Shown: positions 51,188 through 62,363 of the stretch, piece after piece
How the letters are laid out: every line of letters starts with the position of its first letter
Position numbering within the stretch: the stretch's first letter is position 1
NCBI RefSeq assembly: GCF_000372725.1
Contig: NW_005202428.1
Span: forward strand, 853,331-917,330
Length of the DNA: 64,000 nt
Origin: Emiliania huxleyi CCMP1516
Lineage: Eukaryota
Reading direction: 5' to 3'
Translations under genes and position numbers: made by a program
The notes under the pieces: model-generated
The model's database searches: none
What the model was told of the DNA's origin: nothing
What the model saw: the letters and a program-made list of their open reading frames with translations, nothing else

Positions 51188-52564
51188 CTACGCGCACCTC
51201 GCGTGAACCACTCTGTACGGCTCCGCGCCGTCCATCGCCTTTGCGGTCGCGTTCTGAGCCCGAGCGACGAGCTGCCGTGCCGCCACGTGCACAGTGCTGC
51301 ATCCGGCCGCGTCCCTCGCGTGGAGCAGCCACGCCCGCCTCGTGTCCCCCTTCGGCTGATGGCCGGGAGAGAAGCTCCACGCCGGCAGCTGCCGCCCTCG
51401 CCTCAGCTGAAACCTCGCCGGCCGCTGCCCGGTCCCGCCGCACCGGACGCCATTGTCGCGCATCACGCCGCCGCAGGCCGGGTCGGACACGCAGGCGGCC
51501 TTCGCCTCGTCGAGGCCGCGGTACCGCTGGTCGCACGGCTGCTGCCTCGGCGGGTTCGGCAGGTTGACACGCGCGAGAGTGAGCCAGCACGCTCCGCCGT
51601 CGTCCGCCTCGACTTGAGGGGCGGCTGGCTCGCCCGGGAAGGACGGCTGCGGCGCCTCGGAGAGAGAGCAGCGGGCCCTCTGGGCCTGGTGCCCGCCGCC
51701 GCCACGCTGGGCAAAATACTTGAGGTCGATCCGGTGCGCGCACAGCGCGCCTACCCCGCGAGCGGCGCTCAGCCGCACGTTGCTGCCTCCGAGGCAGGAG
51801 ACGCGCCCGAAGCGAGCGACGCCGCGGCGCGCGATCCAGTTGAGAAGGGTGGGGATGGCGACCTCGCACTGCACCGAAGCAAAGGCGGCCGCTCCCTCGC
51901 GGAAGGCGGCGTGCGCGGCAACCGGGAGGAAGGCGACGTCCGCCCACCCGAAGCAGCAGGCGGCGACGCCGAGCCCGGGCGACGCCGCCTCGCAGAGGGA
52001 CGCCGACTCGTTGTGCCAGAACCAGTCGGGCTCATCGTGCAGCAGCTCCTACTCCCTCACCACTCCTCCTTCGGTACCCCGGTGCAGTAGCAGTGGGCAA
52101 GGCTCTCCACGTGAGGAGCTCTCCGGGCGCAGGCAGAGCGAGCGGGCGCTGCTCTTGGAGTCCTTGGCGAGCAAGCCGCCCGCCGGCGCGAACGACGACT
52201 GCTCCTGCGAGTCGGCGATCACGCCCGCCCAGCCTCGCAGATTGAGAAACATGTCGGCGTGAGCAAAGAGCAGATGCGCCCGCCCGTTGGCGGCGTCGGC
52301 GATGTTGCGGTGCGCGTACATCCGGTGCTCGGCCGGCACGCACTCCACAGCCGGCAGCCGTCCTTCTCGGGCGCTCACGAGCCTCTCGCACAGCGCCACC
52401 TCGGACGGCTTGACGGCAGCGCGCACGCTCCAGCCCAGCCTTCGCAGTGCGGGCGCGTAGTGCAGCCCGTCGAGCAGTGTCGGCAGCCGCTCGACCGAGC
52501 GAAAGTCGTCGAGCCAAGGGAACTGGAGGAGCAGCAGCACCGGGACTGTCGAAGTGGAGGTCAT
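51188..52564 (-). CDS. Hypothetical protein, weakly DUF288/STELLO-like
   Basis: LLFAHADMFLNL, CCFGWADVAFLP and CEVAIPTLL in two frames, implying one small intron or a frameshift. Confidence 0.4.
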
Positions 52565-53057
52565 CGCCGGAAAGAAGCTCCGGCAGACAGCACGCGAGAG
52601 CGCGACAGGTTCCGCTCGATTTTTTGGATTAGGGCTTCTCGGCGGATTGCACTTACGCGACAGCGGCGTTTGTCACTGTGCGATTTCGGGGTTGTGTTTC
52701 TGTGAACAGCGTCATGCTGCTGCTGCCGCTGCTTCTGCCGCTGTTGCTGCCTCTGTTGCGGTTGCTGCCATAGCTGCTGCGGCCGCACCACCCGGCGAGG
52801 CCATCCTCGCGCGCACGGACGCTACAGGCGCGGGCGCGGGGGTGGAGGGTGCGTATGAGGCGGAGATGATGGAGGCGCTCGCCGCGTGCGGCGACTGAGC
52901 GCCTCCCTCTCTCTCCGGCTGCGCGCCTGACCGGTGCGGCCTCCGAGTCGGCGTCTAGCGCGCGCGATAAGGTTTTTGCTCGCCTTCCCTGGGACCCCGT
53001 GTTGCGTGACTCTGTGCGATTTCGGGTCCGGGGTTGTGCGTTTACGTGAACAGCGTC

Positions 53058-54392
53058 ATGGCGGGGGACACAGGGGAGCAGCATCGGAGGAGTCGAGTGC
53101 CTCTCAGCAGCACACACATGGCGTTCCTGTTCGCGGAAGCAAAGGAGGACGCGCCCGAGGGCGGCGACATGTTCGCAAACCCTCGCATGGCTAGAATGAT
53201 GAGGCCCGCTATGCGCATCATGATGAACGGGCTTATGAAGGTAAGCGCGCTCCTGGCCGTCGTCGCAGTACACCTCCGCACCTCGCACACTCGATCGCAC
53301 ACGCCGCAATACACCTCCACACGCCTCGCACACCGCAGTACATCTCCACACGCACCTCGCACACCGCAGTCATCTCCACACATCTCGCACACCGCAGACA
53401 TCTCCACACACCTCGCACACGCGGCGGCCCACACCCCGCCCAGGTGACGACGCACGACAACGACTGCACTCAGAAGGAGGTGGCCTCCTTCATGGTGCCG
53501 TCGTCGGTGGGGAAGCCGTTTAAGGACGCGCCAGGGACCTTCGACCCGAGCATGCCTGGCCGCATAAAGGACGTCATGATGGGCGGCATGATGGTAATGC
53601 ACCGCAAGGTGATGGAGGCGGGGCCCGAGCCACACAACAAGGTGAGCCCCCCCACCAGCACCGCCGCCCTCCTCGCCACCGTCGTCGACCCCGCTCCTGC
53701 CAAAGCTGCAGCCCATACCACCGCGCCGTCCACACGCCACTCCTACTTCACCGCCGCCGCCGCAGGGCATCACTTGGGAGAAGTATAACGAGCACCGCGG
53801 CTACACCACGCCGGGCCACGTCGAGACGTCGCCCGCGATCGGCGACATTGCCCCCGACGGCCCGATCTTCTCGATCGAGGCGGCGGGCCGAACTTCGTCC
53901 ACGCTTCTCACCGAGGCCTCGAAGCTGGCCGCGGAGTATGGCTCCGACAAGGTCGTGCTCTCCTTCGTCGGCATCACGTGCCCCTTCGCGCGCGCGTACT
54001 GCTTCCAGGACCTGTACCTCGCCAAGAACAAGGCAGTGCCGACACTCAACGTCTACATCCGCGAGGCGGAGCCCTGCGACGTCTTTGACGCGGGAGGGAT
54101 GCACTGCACCTCGCCGGTCGCATGCCGCCGCCGCGTCTACTGGCACAAGAGCGCCGACGAGCGCGCCCTCGTCGCGCGCGAGACCAAAAAGTACTTTGAG
54201 GAGTGGGAGGGCGAGGGCCGGTGTGCCATGTGGATGGACTCGATGGACGACGCGCTCGAGGCGGCGTACGAGGCCCGCCCGTGGCGCCAGTATGTGATCG
54301 AGGCCTCGACCGGCAAGATCACCGGCAAGCTCGGCCTCGCCCCCTTCAACATGGTTGGCAAGTGCGCAAGCATCAAGGCCGCCACCCACTAG
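53058..54392 (+). CDS. Iodothyronine deiodinase-like thioredoxin-fold protein (Cys form), 3 exons (53058-53240, 53444-53641, 53766-54392)
   Basis: IGDIAPD, VVLSFVGITCPF, VYIREAEPCD, HKSADER, DSMDDALEAAYEARPWRQYVI and GLAPFN are collinear with deiodinase motifs LVLNFGSCTUPPF, VYIEEAH, HxxxxDR, DTMxN...YxAxPERLYVI and GxGPxxY. Confidence 0.75.
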
Positions 54393-55447
54393 CCCGCCGA
54401 GTTTATGCGTCGCTCCGCCGACCTATGCGCCGCTCCGCCGCCCTCTGCTCGCCGCCGATCGATGCGGTCGCTCGCCTCAAACTCCCTCGCGCGGCCTCGG
54501 CCTGCGGGAGCGGAGCACGGGCGTACAGTATTGCTAGGAACCGCCACTATCATTGAGCAGCAGCAAAGGGGGGGTGCAGGCGGCGCCGTCTTTCGCTGAG
54601 AATCCTATTGAGTGAGAGTGGCTCTCTCTCTCTCTCTCTACGCTCTCTCTCTCGCTATCGCGCTGCTCCCCGTCCCAGCCGCGGGTGCTGTGTACGGGCC
54701 GCGGGGACTCCCTCTAACTTCGCCGTCTATAGCCTATAGGTACTCCACGGTAGTCCCAACCTCTCTCCACACACAAGTTTTGCCACTTTGTAGGGAGAGA
54801 TTTTAGAAAACTAATCTCTTCTCTCAAGTTTTGCGACGCTCTCGAAGAGCTGAGGAAGTGGCTTGCACGCGTCTCGTGTCTCGAGCGTCACCTACTAGCT
54901 AGAGTACTATTTTCACGCACGTCCTAGGACTCTGATCCTGTTCGCGTCTTTGATACAGTTTTCGGTGAGACCGGAAGCAGATTCTGAAAGAACTCGGCAT
55001 TCAGAATCTCGGGATTCAGTGACGCGACAGCGGCGCCGAGTCCCGAGACGGATACTACGCGACAGCGGCGCCGAGACGGATATCAATGCGAGAGGAGGAG
55101 ACACGTGCCCGTCGAGCCTACCGGCCGCCCGTGTAGGCACACGTCGGCGAAGTAGCGTAAGATGACAGGCCATCCCACCCAGGTCACACACAGAGTTGCA
55201 GACCTCAGCGAGCATGACGAGCCTCTCTCTCGCCGGCGGCGGTGGGGTTCATGGCCTGGACAGCGTGATCGGGGACAGACATGGGGTTGCGAGTTCCATC
55301 CTCGAACGCATTCAGCCAGACAGAGGACGTGGGCTGCGCTTATCTTGGGTGTGACGCTGACGTTGGCGTGCGGGAAGACCATATCTTTGCACCTCCGTCG
55401 CTGAGGTAGAGGACAAGGGAGAGACGTCGAACGGCCACATCGACCCG

Positions 55448-55450
<3 letters not shown>

Positions 55451-55497
<47 letters not shown>
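55451..55497. repeat. (GA)n microsatellite
   Basis: Seen directly. Confidence 0.95.
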
Positions 55498-55502
<5 letters not shown>

Positions 55503-58246
55503 AGAAAAGAGAAAAAACGAGGGATTCGAGGAGGAAGGGTTCTTTCGGCTGAGCCGGTGCGGAAAGAAATACTGGAGAACTCGACTGCTCGCTACAGGAG
55601 ATGCGCGCTGAGTTTGCCAACGAGCGAGGTGCGGAGCAGCTGGTGCGCGCGGTGCTTGCCGACGGCCAGCCGGCTGCAGCGCATCAGCGGCCGCCTGTTC
55701 TGTCGCCGCCACCGCCGCGAGCGCGCATCTTTGCCCACAAGGTGTCGCGCGATGATATGTGTGATATGCAACATCAAAGAGATATATTTGCCACTTTCCG
55801 CACAAACATGGCACCCGACCAGCTGAAGCTCTAGACTCGTCGACCGAGCTCTGGACGATGCCGACCTCAAACCACCAGCGCCAGCAACGACGTGCCGCGG
55901 CTCGCCGCGCCGCTGTTGCGACCGACGACGTGCCCGACGCCGTCCCGCGGCCGAAAGGAAGAGGCCCGCGCAACCACTTCTGGGACCCGCGGCCGCCGGG
56001 CGTGCGGCGGCACAACGAGTCGAACGAACCGAACCAGCGCAGAGCGGCGCGTCTCGCGAGCGCCCGCGGCCGCCACGCCGACGCCGTCCGCGGCCGGCGG
56101 TGGTCGCGAATCAACGCGGCGCGGTGCAACGAGGCCAAGTCCTTCCAGGCTCCCGCCAGCAGCGCCTCGTGGCGTGGGCTGCACGGCCCTTCGAGACGGC
56201 CCGGGGGGCGGTGAGAGACCTCTCCCGCCGGCATGGCGCACTATATCACCCGTAGAGGCCTCTCTATAGTCGCCTTTTGGCACCTCCTCTATCCACGCCG
56301 CCGATTAGACCTCGCCGCATCGCATCGCCCCCTTCCCTGCCCCGTCGCCCTCCTGAGCTCTCCCTCCTTCGCTCCAGCCATGCACAGGACGGCTGGGCCA
56401 TTGGCCCGCGTGCCAGGCGTCCGGGACGGCCGGGTATCGGCTCCGTACTTTGAGCCCTCTTGGGCCACCCTCGCGTCCACCGGCCGGCAGAGCACCGCTT
56501 GGGCGACTCAGACGGCCCGCCCGACCAGCGCGTTCGATCGTGCCGCCCCCACAGCGTCAGTGGCGTGCGTGGGGTGGCAGGCGGCGTCAGCGCAGCCCCT
56601 CGTGGGGGTGCCCACCGCTCTCCTCTCACCGCTCCCCCCCGCCCGTGGCACCCCACACACTCGTCCCTCCTCAGGGGCGCAAGGCGGCACGGCACGTTCA
56701 GCGCTTGCCTCGGCCCACCTCGCCTTCACGCCCGCCACCGCGACCAAGGAGGTGGCCTCGGCGGCCCAGATGAAGCCCGTGCGGCTCGTTTGGGAGCCGC
56801 ATGCCGTCCCTCTCTCGCCGGCGCTGCTCACCACGCCAAAGCCTACGCCGAGGAACCCGTCGCGCCCGTCGCTCACGAGCTGGTGGCTCGCATCGACCGA
56901 GCCGTCCAGCTTTCTCACGCCCTGCCCACGATCAAATTCGAGACGACCAACATCCGACCACAAAAAGGCCCGCGCGTGCTGCGCGGGCCGGCGAGCGACT
57001 AGCGAGCCAACCTGCTAGTTATGCAAAAATGCAAAAAATGTGCATGGGCAAAAACCACACGCATTTTTGGGCGCAAGAACCACAAGACACCCGTTCCCCT
57101 CCAGCCCTCCAACCCTCCGAGCCCTCCGAGCCCTCCGAGCCCTCCGAGCCCTCTTGGGGGGCAGTCACATAAGCCGCGACTTCGTTTTCTTTATCTTTTT
57201 GCGACCCCTCCCGGAGGGCCCTTCCGACCCCTCTCGAGCCCCCCCGCCACGAAGATCCTCCCCTGTCCGACCGTCCCTCCGAGCCCACCCGGCGTCTGGG
57301 GAGGGGGTTAGCCCTGTGGAGCCCTCCCGACGCCAATCCGACGGGGACCCCTCCAGCCCTGAGCTGTGGGCTGGCGAGCCACGGTCCGGTCGGAGGGGTG
57401 GAAGTGGGAGGGCTCGAAGACGGACCTCTCTCGCTCCGGGAGGGTGGAGGGGTGGAGGGTGGAGGGGTGGAGGGGTGGTTGAGCCCTCTAGCTCTAGGGC
57501 TATACCCACCCGGAACAGTTTGCCGGCGACGGCCGCGCGCGGTTGGCATTGTGACGATGGGTGCGCGCGGCCGCGTCGCGCCCGCCATGGTTCGGCGCGG
57601 CGCGCCTACCAGCGGCAATTGTCGAGGCACGGGAACGCTTACCCGGGGTCATCCTCTGAGCCTGGTCGTCGGCGCCGCGATGCCACGGCGGCGCATTCGA
57701 CGTCGTCGGCGCGCTGTGCCCCGCGTTGAGCCCCGCCGCTCGTAGCGACGGCAGCAGGTCGGCCCGGTGCAGCGCGCCCTGGCCGCAGACTGAAGAACGG
57801 CCACGAGGGGTGTGTGATGTGCGGTGCGGGGTTGTGAGGGGGCAGCGTCTTTGTGTGTGCGCGCGCGCGCCGCTGCCGCTCGTGGTTTGAACTGCCCGCT
57901 GTCCCTCGCTGTCTCCCTGCCCTGTGCGAGCGGAGAGGAAGATGGGAGGTCGGCCTTGAGAGCTTTTACGGGGGGTTCTCCCCGCGCCAGAGGCTCTCTG
58001 CCTCTCTATACATATTATAGCCCCTTTTACGGCGCGGAGACACACTGGCATGTTGTTGATGAATGATGAGAGGCGGCGGTACGATATTCTGTTATACTAC
58101 CCGAAAATACCAACAGCCAACACACAAAAGATGAGAAATAGACCCCCCTCCCCCGGGGCTCGCCCGCCTCCCTGGCGACCGTCTCCTAGACCGCCGTACA
58201 ATCATGCAGTGTAGATCGCAGCAGTAGAGCGCGTACCAAAGTAGCT

Positions 58247-59341
58247 TCAGGCGGCGTCGACGCGCACCACCCGCTCCGCATCTTGCTCGCCCTCGTAGTG
58301 CCCAACGGCGCCATCGGCAAGCACCACGCGCACCACCCGCTCCGCACCTTGCTCGCCCTCGTAGTGCCCAACGGCGCCATCGGCAAGCACCACGCGCACC
58401 ATCCGCTCCGCACCTGGCTCGCCCTCGTAGTACTGCACAATGCCGTTGGCAGCCTCCATGCGCACCCTCCGCTCCGCTCCTCGCTCGCCCTCGTAGTACG
58501 CCACGCTGCCGTCGGGCATCTCCGTCCGCACCATCCGCTCCGCACCTTGCTCGCCCTCGCAGTACACCTCACTTCCATCGGCATGCACCGTCCGCACCAT
58601 CCGCTCCGCACCTTTCTCGCCCTCGTAGTACGCCTCACTTCCATCGGCACGCACCGTCCGCACCTTCCGCTCCGCACCTTGCTCGCCCTCGTAGTAGTGC
58701 ACCATGCCGTCGGCCAACTCCATGCGCACTACCCGCTCCGCACCTTTGTCTCCCTCGTAGTGCTGCACCACGCCGTCGGCTAACTCCATGCGCACCATCC
58801 GCTCCGCACCTTGCTCGCCCTCGTAGTGCTGCACCTGGCCGCTCCGCAAGGAACGCAACCGCAGCTTCGCGCCACTCTCTTCGCCGCGCTTCAGTCTCCA
58901 GATATCGATGCGATTGTCTCCGGGGCCGTCCAGCTCCGTCGAGAGGCAGAGCGCCGGGCTCACCCTCGCAAGCCACGGGAAGTGGTCGGCGCTGGCGCGG
59001 CGGTCGGCGGCGTATTTGCGCAGGATGGACTCGGTCAGAGGCGAGGGTGGGATGGCAGCGGGTGCGGATGCGGCGAGGCGAGGCGAGCGGCGCGGCGCGG
59101 CTACCCGCTGGGCGAGCTGCAGCCGCATCACCACGGGGAAGAGAGGGTCCTTGAAGCGCGGCAGGCCGCTGCGCAGGGCGAGGAGGCCGAGGCGCGGCGA
59201 CGCGAGGCTGAAGGCGGCGCAGTCGGAGAAGTCGTCGACGCCCTCGAGGATGCGGAGGTGCAGCTCCGGCGGCAGCTCGGCCAGCCAGTCCGTGGGCGGG
59301 GCGTCCTCCTCGGTGTGTGTGGCGCGAGGCGAGCGCGGCAT
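58247..59341 (-). CDS. F-box-like protein with nine 22-aa tandem repeats (YEGEQGAERxVRxxxADG)
   Basis: WLAELPPELHLRILEGVDDFSDCAAFSLAS followed by 66-bp tandem coding repeats at 58250-58835. Confidence 0.85.
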   Translation of the reverse strand: MPRSPRATHTEEDAPPTDWLAELPPELHLRILEGVDDFSDCAAFSLASPRLGLLALRSGLPRFKDPLFPVVMRLQLAQRVAAPRRSPRLAASAPAAIPPSPLTESILRKYAADRRASADHFPWLARVSPALCLSTELDGPGDNRIDIWRLKRGEESGAKLRLRSLRSGQVQHYEGEQGAERMVRMELADGVVQHYEGDKGAERVVRMELADGMVHYYEGEQGAERKVRTVRADGSEAYYEGEKGAERMVRTVHADGSEVYCEGEQGAERMVRTEMPDGSVAYYEGERGAERRVRMEAANGIVQYYEGEPGAERMVRVVLADGAVGHYEGEQGAERVVRVVLADGAVGHYEGEQDAERVVRVDAA

Positions 59342-59620
59342 GGGAGGGGTGCTGGTCACAAGCGGCGGGAGCGGCGTTTTCTGAACGAGCGGCGTGAGAA
59401 GAAGAAATACGCCGCGCGTGCAACACATGCGTGCCTCGGAGAAAGACTGCGAGTTGCGGAAGCGATTGCTCGGCAAGGAAGGTGTTGTCGCTTTGCGGGG
59501 TTTCTTTTCTTCATTTCCAAAGGCAGCGCATCCAGGCGCCTAGGGATCGGCCTTGCACTCTCTACTGTTGCTCTGGGAAAGCTTGCGCGCCAGCGCGCCA
59601 CACCCTCTGCCACCATTACC

Positions 59621-60573
59621 ATGATCGCCTCGCCCTCGACGCCTTCTGGCCGCCTTCGAAGCGCGGCATCCAGCGCGATCCTCGTCGTCGCCGGCTTCGC
59701 GCTCGGCCTGCTGGGAGCGGCGACGTCGCCCACGTTGGAGCGCTTCCGCTCAGACTCGTCATCGGCGGGGCGGACGCAGGTCACCAGCGTGGACCAGGCG
59801 TTTGGCGCAGTGCCGGACGCATTTGGGCAGCAGGCCTTTCTCGCCCATGTGATGGTGCAGTCCACCTTGTGGAGAGCTAGCTAACATGTACCTCCCTTTC
59901 CATTCCCTCAGGCTACCCAGAACTTCAACTCGATAAACCCCTTCTACGTCGACCCGTGGGCCCGTGACCACGTCAAGCTCTCAGTGACGCCGTCCTCGGT
60001 CGGATGCGGCAACGATGGCAAGGAGTTCGTGCGGCCCTTCTACGTCAATGTCCGAACCACCACCACAGCATAATGCCCGTGTCCACAGCCGCACCGCACG
60101 CTTTGCAGCGCACACCCCACCCCACCCCCCCCCCAGTCGGCTGGCTCGGCGGCCACTTTCAACTGGTGCGAGGGCAAGACCTGCTACCTCACTCTCGAGA
60201 TCGGAGGCGACGCTCTGCACCACGACATCGGGATGGTGCGGATGCGAGGCTGCCCGGTGAGCACTGCAGACCCGCCACAGACGCCTGCACGGCTGCACAG
60301 AGCACTGCTGACCCGCCATAGACGCCTGCGCGGCTGCACAGAGCACTGCAGACCCGCCACAGACGCCTGCACAGGGCACTGCAGATGCGGCGCAGATGCG
60401 ACCAGAGAGGCTCCCGCGCGCGGCTCTGCCTCCCGCAGGTCTCCGAAGGCTACACGATCCCCTACCTCCGCGTGATGAAGGTTCTGATCGGCTCGTACTC
60501 GTCGCTGTACCTCGGCTGGGGCGCGTGCGACCAGGCGTCTCGCACTAGATGCCGCGGGGCTAGGGCGCAATGA
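59621..60573 (+). CDS. Hypothetical protein with N-terminal transmembrane segment, about 4 exons
   Basis: Plausible GT-AG introns join coding-like segments. One intron carries tandem repeats at about 60258-60383. Confidence 0.45.
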
Positions 60574-61470
60574 CGCGCGAGGGCCGCCAGTAGCCGCCAA
60601 CGCTTCTCACCACGAGCGTGCGAACGAGTCGACCTCGCCTCACTGCCGTGTAAGGCGGAGACCAGCTGCGCGCTCGGCGCCGACACGACTCTCCAGCCGG
60701 GCGACTGCAAGACGCTAGCGCACCCAACCGTCCCAAGTGAGCGGTACGACGTCTGCTATGACGGCGCGCCGTCTCGCCAGTGTCATCGGCGCGCAGCCGA
60801 GAAGAAGAATCTCACGCGTTGCTCTCGCGCTGCGGACCGTAGGCCAGGGCAAGTACTGATATTGCTCTTCCTCTCCGGGGTCGCGTCACCTACAGCTACT
60901 CGAAAAAAAGTTGAGCCGCACCCGACGCGGGGAACGAGAGACCTCTTGTCACATCGGTAATGAGAGAAATCGAAAAAGAACGAGCTGGTAATGTGTGCGC
61001 CGCGAAAGTCGCGGACCTGCCGCCGCAAGAATTGTGGATCTTATCGGGAGACTAACATACTCTATGTAGAGGAGCCAGAGTTGTATGTCCTTTAAACGGG
61101 GGGGGTGCACCGCTGCGGCGAGGCTGTGAGTTGCACAGGGGTTGTGCGCCGCGGCCGGGCCGCCTCACCTGCTCGGCTCTCCAGCCGGTAGACAAGTCTC
61201 GCTTGTCATCAACAGAAGTAGAAGGGATCTGACCTCGGGCCGCCTCGGACTGCGCAGTCTTAGCCTTGCGATGCTAAGCGACTCTTGTGACCTCTATGCT
61301 CTAACCCTACGGCTTTGCCAAATGCCGGCGGAGAAAGGCCGAGATTTTTCATCAAAGAGCTATCTCGTATGGAGCAGTCTTCTTCAACGACGCTGGCCCC
61401 ACCACCTGCATGGGGGACGAGAATTCCTATGGCGCCGGGGGGCACCTCAAGAGAGCATCCAGGTCTTCAA

Positions 61471-61847
61471 TAGGGTTGCCTAACGTTAAGAGCTGAACAG
61501 TGTTTTGCTAGTGTTAACAGTAACAACAGAACAACAGTGGGGGCCCCCAACAACAGTAGCTAACGTTAGGCCGACTGAACAACAGTAAGGAAGGCCTGGC
61601 AGTGACCCACGACGATCTCTAGTGTCCAGTGCGGGTAATACCCGAAAATACCCGGAAAATCCCAGGTATTTTCGGATTTTACCCGGGTTTTTTGCCATTT
61701 TCTGCTTGCTGGCCGCTGAACAACAGTAACAACACAACAGTAACAAACAGTAACAGCATGGGCTGGGGTGAACACTTGAACAACGTTGAGGATTTCAGCC
61801 AACAATAGCGCAACTGTTAGGCCCCAAATTAACGTTAGGCAACCCTA
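61471..61847. mobile_element. hAT-type MITE, 377 bp
   Basis: Perfect 19-bp TIR TAGGGTTGCCTAACGTTAA. 8-bp TSD GTCTTCAA at 61463-61470 and 61848-61855. AT-rich interior with AACAGTAAC subrepeats. Confidence 0.95.
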
Positions 61848-62363
61848 GTCTTCAACACGGGTACTCTCCGACGCCGAGGTTGCTGCGCCCGAGGGTGCGC
61901 CTCTCGTGGCAGGCTGAAGTTGGTCTGCTATACCACCAGGCCACACGCCATTAGTAGTAGCCACAGGTAGCTTCCTCCTGGGACGACCATTGTTGTGTAT
62001 GTGTGTTTAGAAAGTCAGGTTGATAACAGTTTGCTTAAAAACAAGAGCAGCCCACGACTCATACGAGGTGAGCTGCATGAAAGAACCCCCTAAAAGCGTT
62101 TCCCCGTACTCTCAATCAGCTTCTTCCAGATCTCTCTCAACTCCTTCTCATACCGGAGCGTCCACTCTCTCTCCGTCCACTGGTAGCCCGGATTGCACTC
62201 TGGCGCGCGGCGGCGGCGTGTCGGAGGACTGCTCAGAGTCGCTGCAGTAGTCGTGCCACTGCCACGGTCATAGTCCGGGTACATCTCAGATCGGCACGAC
62301 GTGGTCTGAGAGTTGGTTAGAAAACGTGTCCAGGTAGCACCTAATGTGGCGCCCACAGACGCT

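Noticed and set aside
53940..54600. Selenoprotein (Sec/SECIS) interpretation of the deiodinase-like gene
   Set aside because: The active-site codon is TGC, not TGA, and no SECIS could be identified by eye.
57090..57500. CCCTCC arrays on the left and GGAGGG arrays on the right, suggesting a foldback element
   Set aside because: No clean TIR or TSD could be defined; may be a decayed transposon end.
60258..60383. Repeat-spacer-like array (CRISPR-like)
   Set aside because: Simple intronic minisatellite without unique spacers; eukaryotic context and no cas genes.
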